Under the pieces are notes generated by a model that was not told the origin of the DNA, searched no databases, and saw only the letters and a list, made by a program, of their open reading frames with translations. DNA of 63,053 nt, the filler included, from Octopus bimaculoides (taxonomy: Eukaryota), in the NCBI RefSeq assembly GCF_001194135.2. It is 6 parts of 5 records of this genome, joined end to end, with 100 filler letters (N's around TTAATTAATTAA, not from the genome) between each part and the next. Parts side by side here need not be neighbours in the genome. Positions count along the whole stretch, not along the records: positions 48,020 to 53,485 come from NC_068985.1; positions 53,586 to 56,409 come from NC_068999.1; positions 56,510 to 63,053 come from NC_068983.1; 3 more parts are not named here. One strand, 5' to 3'. The translations under genes and the position numbers were made by a program. Below are positions 51,000 through 63,053 of this stretch, piece after piece (positions within the stretch are counted from its first letter, which is position 1; each line of letters starts with the position of its first letter).

Positions 51000-51468
51000 A
51001 TATGTTATCGCCAAGCTAACATGGCGTCTATTGACTAGTTTCAGGGTATTTGCCCTTTATTGACGTAGAGCAGCCGAACCGAGCAGGAGTCGCTACTGAC
51101 CGTCTGTTCGAAGGATTATTTACCTAAATTCAGTGGAATACATCTACTGGCTTTCAAAAATAGAAATATTAATATTTCTAAGTCTATCTAAAGGAGACTA
51201 CGGCAGCGATACTGGATATTAATAGTTATCGCCAAGCTAACATGGCAGTCCAGAAAAATAGGACGAATGCTACTGTTGATTAGCTCTAAGAGGCCATCGC
51301 CTGTAGCTAGCTACGTGACAAACGAATCTGTGTCCATTATAATCTTCGAACAGGGGAGGTCAGCCACTTCCCTTGCTGGTCTGGCATCTACAGACTAGTT
51401 TCAGGGTATTTGCCCTTTATCACCTGCTCGGTTCGGCTCCTCTACATTGATAAAGGGCAAATACCCTG
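51000..51468 (-). mobile_element. Tandem ~360-bp HHR-containing repeat with a terminal inversion
   Basis: gactagtttcagggtatttgccctttat at 51033 and 51393; gttatcgccaagctaacatggc at 51004 and ~51226; 51423-51468 is an inverted copy of 51042-51087. Confidence 0.75.
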
Positions 51469-51844
51469 CGCCTGCGCCTGTATATGCATTCATAAACACG
51501 CACTTACACGCATAATTACATATACAAGTATATAGAGGTAACGCATATATTTCAGAAATATGTAATACTAAAAGTGTTTTCTTCACGAAGTGGCGAGAAC
51601 ACAAGGTCGTTGGAGGGTAGGGCAAGAGGCTAGATGTTTTGTTTATTATTCCGGTTTATTACATTCTACAGTTTCGTTAAATAAAAATGGATCGAGAATT
51701 CGGCTTGATGTAATCGTGTAGTTTTTTCCTACAGGGTACAACAAGCGTTTTACCTAAGCTAGAAGTAAGCATTGAGTAATTTGTATATTACTCTAACTCT
51801 GATAGCATCCTGTCTTCATAAGTTGGTATGGACATCGCAATAGA

Positions 51845-52040
51845 TAGCATATGAAGGTATATATAATATAGCGTATAAATTTATATATAAGATAGCGTAT
51901 GAATGTATATATAAGATAGCGTATGAATGTATATATAATATAGCGTATAAATTTATATATAAGATAGCGTATGAATGTATATATAAGATTGCGTATGAAT
52001 GTATATATAATATAGCGTATGAATGAATATATAATATAGA
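51845..52040. repeat. 24-bp minisatellite (tagcgtatgaatgtatatataaga variants), ~8 copies
   Basis: Directly visible; produces the AILYIHSY repeat ORF. Confidence 0.92.
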
Positions 52041-52941
52041 AGCAGCGCTAGTGTTGTGAACATTATGGACCAAACAAACCCAATTTATGTACTTTGTTTC
52101 TTCACCTGTAGGCTGCGATTTAGCATAGTGGTGATGCCTACCTCAGGTATTTTAATACCCAGTGCTTTGAGGGAAGTATCCCGACCGCGCTAATTCAAAT
52201 ATGCCTTTTGCGGAGAAGCTGTGTATCTGATTCAAGATTAGATACTTCCATGATATGTTCAACGCATGAAACTCTCGATCTTTGAGTTACTTATATAACT
52301 TTTCAGCCGAAAATATATTTATATTTTTGAGTACCGAGTTCTGCTTCCCTCTTATGTTCTCAAAAGTCTTGATGAATATGTACGTATATTTGTTTTGGCA
52401 TGTCTGAGTGAGTGTGTTTGTACGTGTGTGTGTGTGTGTGTGTGTGTTCTTAAGAGAGACAGTGAGCGTTTGTGTGTGTGTGTGTTTGTACTGTAGGCGT
52501 TTCACGAATGAAGAGAAACTTATATGACTATATGTGTAAGGAATCAGATTGATAGAAAATTATATATACATATTGCAATAAAACATATTTACTGCTTTTT
52601 TACTCCATTGTTGGGCATATACACATGCACACACACATATGAAAATACACATACACAAGACCCATATATACAAACGCACTTATAAACAGGCATAAACATG
52701 AGCACTCATTCAAACATACATCTAAACAAACACGCGCTTAGACATAAATACACAAAGAGCCTCTTTCGGATTTTTCGCTCTGCTCAGACAAACACGCTAA
52801 TACGTATAACTACCGCACGTTTATATATATATATATATATATACACACACAAAACATCAACGACACAACACAAGCAACAAATATATGGCCAATAAAAATA
52901 TATATTATATTACTACTACTGCTACTACTACTACTACTACA

Positions 52942-52977
<36 letters not shown>

Positions 52978-53111
52978 GTATGTTGTAGATTTGTGCTTGT
53001 TGTTGTTGTTTTTATTTTTACGTTTCTTATTGTTATAACAAAGGCGAAATATCATAAATTTCAAACATTTATATAACCAAAATCATATTAATAAGAGAAA
53101 AAGTAACAATG

Positions 53112-53179
<68 letters not shown>

Positions 53180-53450
53180 GACAACAACAACAATAACAAC
53201 AATAATAATAATAAACGAATATCAACAAATAAATAAGAATAATGTGAAACTGGGCACATTGCTTGGCACTGCTCAGTGATTTATTGCATTCGCTGCAGTT
53301 AATATGCAGTTAATATAGCGAGAGAATGCATCAGACACATCAGACCAGCTGCCTGCATCTGCAACAGATTCATGCTTAAAGTAGAGTAGTATAAAGGAAT
53401 GTATCGTTATACAGCCATTCATATATATACCCATGAATATTTCTATTTTG

Positions 53451-53485
<35 letters not shown>

Positions 53486-53959
53486 NNNNNNNNNNNNNNN
53501 NNNNNNNNNNNNNNNNNNNNNNNNNNNNNTTAATTAATTAANNNNNNNNNNNNNNNNNNNNNNNNNNNNNNNNNNNNNNNNNNNNTATATATATATATAT
53601 ATATCGCTGACCACTACACACATTTTTCTCTCCTTGTTTCTCTCCTTGTTTCTTTCTGTGTTCCTTTCTGTAGAAGAGCGTAAACTCGAAATGTTAAAGA
53701 CTTTCGCAATTCCCGAGCGTTATACTAATACATCTATTTGTTTTCAACACCACCTGTCTTCGTCTGTTGTTTTTTTGTGAATTCTCCCTATATATATATA
53801 GATATACACACACACACACATACACACATACACACATACACACATAGAGACACCCTCCCCCCCCGCGCTCACACACACACACACACGCATACTTCTGATA
53901 AATACTCTGATAAATGTTAGAGGCCTCCTATAAAGCAACAGCATGCACAAAATTTTGGC

Positions 53960-54360
53960 ACCCGAGGGATACTTCTACATGCATTCAAGCAATATGCATT
54001 GCACTTACAGTGACACGTCTGTCTGCAGACATAACTGATGCTGTTAATACACATATCTACATATGCTGTATTCTGTGCAGACAGAAGAGGAAAAAATCAC
54101 GCTGGAATTGCATTCTACATCCATGAAGATGTCACACCACTAACTCTGCTGTCACACTCATTATGAATTTAAAGCAACGTAACGTGATAATATGCACATT
54201 ATATCAGCCATCTGATGCCTGAAATCACGACGATAAATTTGAGGAAAGCCTTACAATGATAAAAAAAAAATGTTCTAACAAAACTAGATCAAAGCATGTG
54301 TGTACTTCTGATGGGTGACTTCAACTCCCCCTAGATGAGATGGCTTGGAGGTGATATAAT
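53960..54360 (+). mobile_element. LINE apurinic-endonuclease (APE) domain remnant
   Basis: Manual translation includes AGIAFYIHED and LLMGDFNSP*MRW (APE GDFN motif). Confidence 0.65.
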
Positions 54361-54394
54361 CTCAGGAATGACACGCAAAGAGCGCAATCAAGCA

Positions 54395-55167
54395 GAGTTA
54401 AGTACCAGTTATGTACTGGAGTCGATCTAATCGACTGGCCCCCCCTCCCCCCAAATTTCAGGCCTTGCGCCTATTTGTAGAAAGAATGATCGTTATTGTT
54501 GCCAAGGCGGCGAGCTGGCAGAACCGTTAGCACACCGGGCAAAATGCTTAGCTGTATTTTTTTCATATGTCTTTACGTTCTGAGTTCAAATTCAGCCGAG
54601 GTCGACTTTGCCTTTAATCCTTTCGGAGTTGATAAATTAACTACCAGTTGCATAGTGGGGTTTGATCTAACCGACGGGCTCCCTCCCACTAAATTTCAGG
54701 CCTTGTGCCTATAGTAGTAAGGATTATTATTATTATTCTTTTCTACTCTAGGCACAAGGTCTGAAATTGTGGGGGAGGGGGCCAGTTGATTAGATCGATG
54801 CCAGAACGCAGCTGGTACTTAATTTATCGATCCCGAAAAGATGAAAGACAAAGTCGACCTCGGCGGAATTTGAACTCAGGACGTAAAAACAGACGAAATA
54901 CCGCTAAGCATTTTGCCCGGCGGGCTAACGTTTCTTATTTCTTTATTGCCCACAAGGGGCTAAACATAGAGGGGACAAGCAAGGACAGACAAAGGGATTA
55001 AGTCGATTACATCGACCCCAGTGCGTAACTGGTACTTAATCTATCGACCCCGAAAGGATGAAAGGCAAAGTCGACCTCGGCGGAATTTGAACTCAGAACG
55101 TAACGGCAGACGAAATACTGCTAAGCATTTCGCCCGGCGTGCTAACGATTCTGCCAGCTCGCCGCGG
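54395..55167. mobile_element. Cluster of four SINE family A copies: 54395-54487 (+, partial), 54503-54730 (+), 54745-54930 (-), 54930-55167 (-)
   Basis: gaggtcgactttgcc / ggcaaagtcgacctc motifs in both orientations. Confidence 0.88.
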
Positions 55168-55196
55168 TTATTGTTGTAGTAATAGCAGAAGCAGTG

Positions 55197-55241
<45 letters not shown>

Positions 55242-55759
55242 ATAGTAGTAGCTGTTGTTGTTTTTAACGTTGTTATTTCTTCTCTCTCTCTCTCTCTCTC
55301 AAACTTGCCAAATAACTTTATTACACGTTAATATGTAGAATCTAGACGTGCCTCAAACAACGTTTTCCTCGCTAACTTCTTGGTTGTGCGTAGAAGTTGA
55401 AGAAACAGAAAAATAACGAACAACACTAATACAACGTTATGTTTGAACTCCACTTGTTATCCTTTCATTGTTTCCTAGGCTATTTTTCTGCCTTTTTTTT
55501 GTTTCTTTTTCACTATTTTATTTATAATTTACGTGTAATGTACTGTTGTTGTTGTTGCTGCTGTTGTCGTTGATGTTGTTGTCGTTATTTTATTTTATTT
55601 TATTTTATTTTTTTTTTTTTTTTTTCCTATCCCTCCACATTCGTCTCCTCTCCTTTCGTTCTTGTAGTTTCGTTATAATCAATAACAATCCGTTGTGTTC
55701 TTGTATTTTTGCGATTGAGCTCTAACAGAAAAACAAAACAATAAATAATAACGAAAATA

Positions 55760-55760
55760 A

Positions 55761-55792
<32 letters not shown>

Positions 55793-55824
55793 ACAACAAC
55801 AACAACAACAATAATAATAATAAC

Positions 55825-55889
<65 letters not shown>

Positions 55890-55893
55890 CAAC

Positions 55894-55928
<35 letters not shown>

Positions 55929-55985
55929 TAATAACAGCAACGGCAGTAATAACAACAAAATCAATAACAACAATAATGATAATGA
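55760..55985. repeat. Compound (CAT)n-(CAA)n-(TAA)n microsatellite
   Basis: Directly visible. Confidence 0.95.
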
Positions 55986-56654
55986 TATTTTTTCGTTATT
56001 CTTTTACATAATAAGTAGCTTTAATATTTCTCTGTATTCGAAATCCGATTGGAAACTTACCTACCTACCTACCTATCTATCTACCTACCTTACTCTACAC
56101 CTACCACCCTGAACCTACCTATTCCGGCAACCCGCCTGCTACCCTTTCCTTTTGCGAATATTCATTCTATCAACCACACACACATAAAAAAAAAAAAAAA
56201 TGAATGAAAATTTTCCCCGACGTAACTAATCGATGATATGATTAACATTTAGTCCATATATTATTGTATTATTTGTGAAACTAATTCTAGTTTTTTATAA
56301 TTTTATTTTACAAACCTTCTGTTTATTCTAGAACTTTCTTATGTTCTTTTTTTCTCGAGATCATTTCTCTATGAACAACGTATTAATTATCAGATAATTT
56401 TAATGTTCTNNNNNNNNNNNNNNNNNNNNNNNNNNNNNNNNNNNNNNNNNNNNTTAATTAATTAANNNNNNNNNNNNNNNNNNNNNNNNNNNNNNNNNNN
56501 NNNNNNNNNTATATATATATATAAGCTTCAGGAATATATATAAATATAAGTTTCGACTCAATTCACGATATTCCTCTTCTAACTGAAGGCTGAAAGCTTA
56601 TGTTAATGCGGCGAAGGATCATTATCATCATCATCATATCATTATTATTATTAC

Positions 56655-56698
<44 letters not shown>

Positions 56699-56885
56699 AG
56701 GGTTGTCAGTGGTAGACACGATAGGGCAACATAATTAAAATACCTTATAGCATATGGTTATTTCCTGAGTTCAGATCCAACTGAGATCGATTATATTTTT
56801 CATTTCTTCAGTGTCTATGGAATATAATTAGCAATGATGAATTGGGAAGGGAGTCGAAGAGGGGACTTCGATCAGGCGTGTCCTT

Positions 56886-56935
<50 letters not shown>

Positions 56936-57225
56936 ATGCTGGTGGTGGTGGTCGTCGTCGTCGTCGTCATCGCCTGTGATAAATGTGGTTGTTACTAAAC
57001 AGTATTTTTGAACCCCTTGTAAATAGTATTCTATCGATTAGTTAATCTCAGGCTCATCTATGTGTTCACTCGACCAATAGCTGCGGGTTTCATAGTGTTA
57101 AATATGCAACTCTGTTGGTCAGATTTCTCATCAGACTACATCGTAGCACCTATCTGCTACTCATTTTCTCTCTTTCTCCTTACGCAGCTATCTTTTTCAT
57201 TAACGTATATCTGTGTGTATGAATA

Positions 57226-57278
<53 letters not shown>

Positions 57279-57329
57279 AAGCACACATAGACACACACTG
57301 TCCCCTTGAAAATAAATTTATTTCTTACA

Positions 57330-57790
57330 GACACCTTATTAGAATTCACTCCCTAACAACGAGACCAGCAATAAAACGGGCCCAAGGAAAGGGAAAATAT
57401 CTAATGAACTGACCAGACAACCTTAAAAGGATCAACTCATGATTTAAAAGAATTATGATTGTATTTATTTGGGAAACAAAAGAATGAAGTGAGATCCATA
57501 AGACATTAGTTGGAAGAAAGAAAATACTTGAGTGGAAACACTCCTTATTAGTGGGCCACCAACAGAGAAAGAATGAGAATTTGCTGAAAGACGAGTCACG
57601 TGATTAATATCTTTAAAAAGAGGTACAAGAGAAGGAAAGTTCAACAGAACAAACGACCAAAGAAGTTTTATGGAGAAATAAAGATATAGAAGATAAGAAG
57701 AACCCAGAAGGGGTATCGATTCCAATGTGACAACAGTAATACATACGAGGATGGATGGAAGACGTGTGAAGACGTTAACCACATTCGGAG
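57330..57790 (+). mobile_element. Possible decayed R4/Dong-like LINE ORF fragment
   Basis: Purine-rich, stop-riddled frame ...GKFNRTNDQRSFMEK... weakly resembles 'N.LF.TNQK.FY' upstream of R4 RT. Confidence 0.25.
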
Positions 57791-58631
57791 GAAAGATAAG
57801 AACAAACTCGCTTCTTCTGTGACACCATAGTTTTGCGTGACGAAACTGGAAATTTATTTATTGGGCTTCAGTGTAGGGTTTCGTTGCTAATATATGTGTA
57901 TTACATATTCGATACTTATGACACGATACTCATCCCCAGTATTTAAGAGTTTGTGCTTCATAAGAAATCAATAGACAAAGTATGTTAATTTGAGACATTA
58001 TCATTTTAATCATATACACATCTACGTTATTTTTGTATATTCGTAAAGCCTAACGTCATGCGCTGTCTACTCCCAATAATCGAGATCCATGAATTACTTA
58101 CAAGTGATTTTGGGAAGAATAAAACTGTTTCGTAATAATTGTCAGAACAAAGAGAAGGCATTTTGGATAACAATTGAAAAGTTTTCTGCTAATACTAAAC
58201 GATTTCACTGGGCATCTTATACTGAGTAGATACTAACATGTATTTATTTTACGCACAGAGACATACACACATTCACACACGCGCAATTACACACACACAT
58301 ACACAAATATATGTATGTGTATGTATGTGTTTGTATATATATATGTGTGTGTGTATGTATATATGTGTGTGTGTGTGTATAATATGTGTGTGTATGTGTG
58401 CGTGGTTCAAAATTGTACGAAAGGCAAAAAACAGAAGACAGAGACAGGTGAGAGGAGAGCTATAACTAAGGTGTATTAGTTTAACGCTCAAAGAAAATGG
58501 AAGAGTCTGACGTTTCGTGCTTTCTTTCGCTTCTGCGGAAAGGAAAGAAGACAACGGAGAAACGAAAGAATACGGAGAAAGAAAAACGTGCCTGAATTAA
58601 TGGTTTCACGTTATATATATATTTGTATGTA

Positions 58632-58662
<31 letters not shown>

Positions 58663-59190
58663 GTGTGAATGAATACATGTATATGTATATACGAGTTGTA
58701 CTTGTTTGGCATGTTTTATATATATATACATATTAGTTGTACTTGCTTGGCAAGTAATTTGATCTAAGTGTACTGACGCTTAACTGCATCGAGGAAGCCT
58801 GGTTATGGCTATTTCAAAGACACATGCCGTTACATACGGCATGACCTCTCGCTAAATTCCACTACATTTCACTGAATGTAACGGTATATATATGTTTTGA
58901 ATAATTATGGCAACTATTTTATGATGCTGTCTATGTCTGTACGTGTGAGTGAGCACATGCGTTTGTATTTATGCAGTAGAGATTATCTACTAAATTAAAT
59001 CCATGTCATTCTTTCATGCAAATATATAAATGAATATTAACAATCCTCAGTGGACGTGAGACGTGAAAATATGGCATGAGTTTATTATGATTTATTTTTA
59101 GTTACATGCACACTCGCACATACATGTGCATATGTGTGTGAGTATATATATATATGTATTTACATACATACACAGAGGCATGCGCGCGCG

Positions 59191-59226
<36 letters not shown>

Positions 59227-59404
59227 AACACACACACACAGACAAATACGTATTCAAACACACGCACACTCATACATACCAGATTTTATTTACTATAGCA
59301 TGCATTGAACATTTCCTTGTTTGTGTGCATGAGTTATTATAATACACTACTGTTTATACATACATATTGACACATACACTCACACATACACGTATATATA
59401 GATG

Positions 59405-59435
<31 letters not shown>

Positions 59436-60569
59436 TATTGACTGCACTTAATGTATGTGTTTTACTTGTCCGCCTGTACACTGCAGCTTAGTGCGGTGGA
59501 GATGACTCTCTCAAAGCGCTGGGTGTTAAAACACCTGACTGAATATCATAGACAGGCGAGACAACTCGCCCCTAATCATATTCAGGGGTGATGGATACCG
59601 ATATTTTGCCATTTTTGTGGGTTTTTTTCAACATCGTACCGGTGTCGAACTGAATCATTAAAACAGAAAAATGTTAAGAAACTAGCTCCCTTTATTGCAT
59701 GTGAACGCTTGATTGTGTTAAACCGTAATTTTCGCCGAAGACTTGTGTATTTCATTCATATTTAGCTTTACCTATTGAAGTAATTCAATAAACTCTTTTA
59801 ATTTAACGAAAATATGTCAGTTCAACAATGGCTCTCTTACCTTCAGTAGCTACAGATATAACTATTCAAGTTATTTGCATAGAGATTGACTAAATTAGTC
59901 ATGGTTACAGATACTATTTGGTACTCGTAGTAGAATATGAACCATTAATGTTTTGTTTGGTAGATTGCCGGTATATCGCCTACTTTCGTTGTGTTATAAG
60001 CAGCACGTGTAGAAAATACTCTTGCTACAAGCGTTATGGCAAAACATTGCTAACTTGTGGTCGAATCACCAACTTTTAGACTAACATCAATAGTAACGTA
60101 TGTTAACCGACGAATTTTCGGAAAATTTTCAGCTGATGCCAAAACCTAAACAAACATACCGATCGTTGATTCATTTGAAATGTATCGAAACTATGCAGCG
60201 TTTGTTTGATGCTTATGAATTATGCATTTATATGCATGCTTGCATTTAAATTAACACAGTGTATTTGTTCTTGTAATTAGGACAGCTTTCATATAGAGAT
60301 GGCCCGTGTTTGCCAACGTATACGCCGTTTTTGTTCTTCTTTCTATCTGCGTCAATTTGTCTGTCGGATCTGTCTGTCTGCTGGTGTTTTTTTTTTTTTC
60401 TGCATGTCTTATCCTTTCGCTCTTTCGTTTTCCCTCTACCTCCCCACATTTTACTCCAGTTCCCCTCCATCTTCTACCCAATCCTTTCATCTCATTCGAT
60501 CTCTCTGTTTATGCTTGTGTCTGCCTATCTATTTATCTATGTGTATGTGCACGTCACTCCCCTCTCTCC

Positions 60570-60593
60570 TCTCTCTCTCTCTCTCTTTCTCTC

Positions 60594-60668
<75 letters not shown>

Positions 60669-61083
60669 TGATAGGATTTTTTAGCTGCCAGTTTAACTCT
60701 ATTTCCCGTTCTATCTGCCCATTGCTCTCTAAGTTTCTCACTCAGTCTGTATATATAGTTCGAAATCATTTTCGAACTCAGGGATATAAAAATAAATTCT
60801 GTAAAATATAGACTTCGCTACTATATAGTATTAATGCAGTCGACCATCCTTCTATTGAAAACACTTTCTTTAAGAAATAATCACAAAAAGAACAACAAAA
60901 TAAGCAACCAAGCGAGTGACATAGTTTATTGTGAATGTGTCACCTCAATGATTTTCTGTCTGTCTTTCTCTGTCTGTTTCAGTTTCTTCTTCTCTCTTTC
61001 TCTTCCTCTCTTTCTCTCTTCTTCTTCGTCTCCGTCGCTCTCTTTCTCACTTTAACTTACACTCTCTCCTTTCTCTCTCTCTT

Positions 61084-61134
<51 letters not shown>

Positions 61135-61192
61135 TCTTCTTCTTCTTCTTCTTCTTCTTCTTCTTCTTCTTCTTCTTCTTCTTCTTCTTCTT
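60570..61192. repeat. (CT)n and (CTT)n microsatellite-rich pyrimidine tract
   Basis: Directly visible. Confidence 0.9.
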
Positions 61193-61999
61193 NNNNNNNN
61201 NNNNNNNNNNNNNNNNNNNNNNNNNNNNNNNNNNNNNNNNNNNNNNNNNNNNNNNNNNNNNNNNNNNNNNNNNNNNNNNNNNNNNNNNNNNNNNNNNNNN
61301 NNNNNNNNNNNNNNNNNNNNNNNNNNNNNNNNNNNNNNNNNNNNNNNNNNNNNNNNNNNNNNNNNNNNNNNNNNNNNNNNNNNNNNNNNNNNNNNNNNNN
61401 NNNNNNNNNNNNNNNNNNNNNNNNNNNNNNNNNNNNNNNNNNNNNNNNNNNNNNNNNNNNNNNNNNNNNNNNNNNNNNNNNNNNNNNNNNNNNNNNNNNN
61501 NNNNNNNNNNNNNNNNNNNNNNNNNNNNNNNNNNNNNNNNNNNNNNNNNNNNNNNNNNNNNNNNNNNNNNNNNNNNNNNNNNNNNNNNNNNNNNNNNNNN
61601 NNNNNNNNNNNNNNNNNNNNNNNNNNNNNNNNNNNNNNNNNNNNNNNNNNNNNNNNNNNNNNNNNNNNNNNNNNNNNNNNNNNNNNNNNNNNNNNNNNNN
61701 NNNNNNNNNNNNNNNNNNNNNNNNNNNNNNNNNNNNNNNNNNNNNNNNNNNNNNNNNNNNNNNNNNNNNNNNNNNNNNNNNNNNNNNNNNNNNNNNNNNN
61801 NNNNNNNNNNNNNNNNNNNNNNNNNNNNNNNNNNNNNNNNNNNNNNNNNNNNNNNNNNNNNNNNNNNNNNNNNNNNNNNNNNNNNNNNNNNNNNNNNNNN
61901 NNNNNNNNNNNNNNNNNNNNNNNNNNNNNNNNNNNNNNNNNNNNNNNNNNNNNNNNNNNNNNNNNNNNNNNNNNNNNNNNNNNNNNNNNNNNNNNNNAT

Positions 62000-62345
62000 A
62001 GGATCACAGTTTCGATTCCCAGACCGGGCGTTGTGAGTGCTTATTGAGCGAAAACACCTAAAGCTCCACGAGGCTCCGGCAGGGGATGGTGGCGAACCCT
62101 GCTGTACTCTTTCACCACAACTTTCTCTCACTCTTACTTCCTGTTTCTGTTGTGCCTATAATTCAAAGGGTCAGCCTTGTCACACTGTGTCACGCTGAAT
62201 ATCCCCGAGAACTACGTTAAGGGTACACGTGTCTGTGGAGTGCTCAGCTACTTGCACGTTAATTTCACGAGCAGGCTGTTCCGTTGATCGGATCGACTGG
62301 AACCCTCGTCGTCTTAAGCGACGGAGTGCCAACAACAACAACAAC
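62000..62345 (+). mobile_element. tRNA-derived SINE, family C (A-box end lost in gap), (CAA)n tail
   Basis: Starts at the gap edge with gtttcgattcccagaccgggcg (B-box) and ends ggagtgccaacaacaacaacaac. Confidence 0.8.
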
Positions 62346-62697
62346 GCTGAAAGTATTTTTTTTGTTTTCTGAAAAAGCAACGTTTTGGACTTACGACACT
62401 TTTGCATAATAGCAACGATGTACTTTTCACAATAGCCTCAAGGCGATCCAACCCTCGTGTGTGAAATTAGGTGGACAGAAAGTTCGTTGAATAGATTCCG
62501 ATTCATAAGATCCAGTCGTGTAACATACCGTCCTAATCCGATCGCCCCTCCTCCCAACCCTTCCTTCCGAGGATTATGTGACTGTGAAATACGCAGCCAC
62601 TTACATGCTAATGTAACAACCAGGTAGACCAGCTGATCGAAAAACAGAATACTCATCCTCGAAACTGACGGATATCCATTTTTTCTGTGTGTATGGT

Positions 62698-62786
<89 letters not shown>

Positions 62787-62943
62787 AAGTGTATTTGTGA
62801 ATAATTGGCACTAACCCAGTTGATGGAAACAGATAAATAAATACAGAGATCAATACAGTAGATAAAAATAGTATTATAAATAATGGTATACAAATTAGAC
62901 GTTTATTTTGGTAGGCATACAGACAGCTAACTGTAAAGATAGT

Positions 62944-62997
<54 letters not shown>

Positions 62998-63053
62998 CAT
63001 TTCTTTTATTAGCCACACAGGGCTCAACAAAGATGGGACAAATACAATGTAGA

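Noticed and set aside
59830-59850. Potential 9-nt microexon (tgtag|CTACTGAAG|gtaaga) on the minus strand
   Set aside because: Such patterns arise often by chance and there is no transcript evidence.

Overview
AT-rich, gap-riddled animal genomic DNA. The repeat content (tRNA-derived SINE families, very dense microsatellites, Penelope and Tc1/mariner remnants) is consistent with an octopus/coleoid cephalopod draft assembly; this is an inference, not a database result. No host protein-coding gene, rRNA, true tRNA or CRISPR array can be supported, and nearly all ORFs in the track are microsatellite or N-gap artefacts. The window is a transposon graveyard: at least six Penelope-like element (PLE) fragments (RT and GIY-YIG), R4/Dong-type RLE LINE fragments, an APE-LINE fragment, six Tc1/mariner/pogo remnants, MITEs and about 25 SINE copies from five families. 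The main hidden signal is a high density of type I hammerhead ribozyme (HHR) motifs in several unrelated repeat families. They include an intact extended HHR (46358-46443, -) in a ~357-bp unit bounded by direct repeats, a 425-nt tandem HHR pair around a PLE N-terminus (25863-26453), a 360-nt tandem unit with an apparent U3-A8 compensatory core variant (51000-51468), and a PLE with inverted arms ending in two different HHRs (28296-29679). Together these suggest a diverse PLE/retrozyme-like system that could produce small self-cleaved or circular RNAs. All motifs were parsed by eye and repeat boundaries are approximate.
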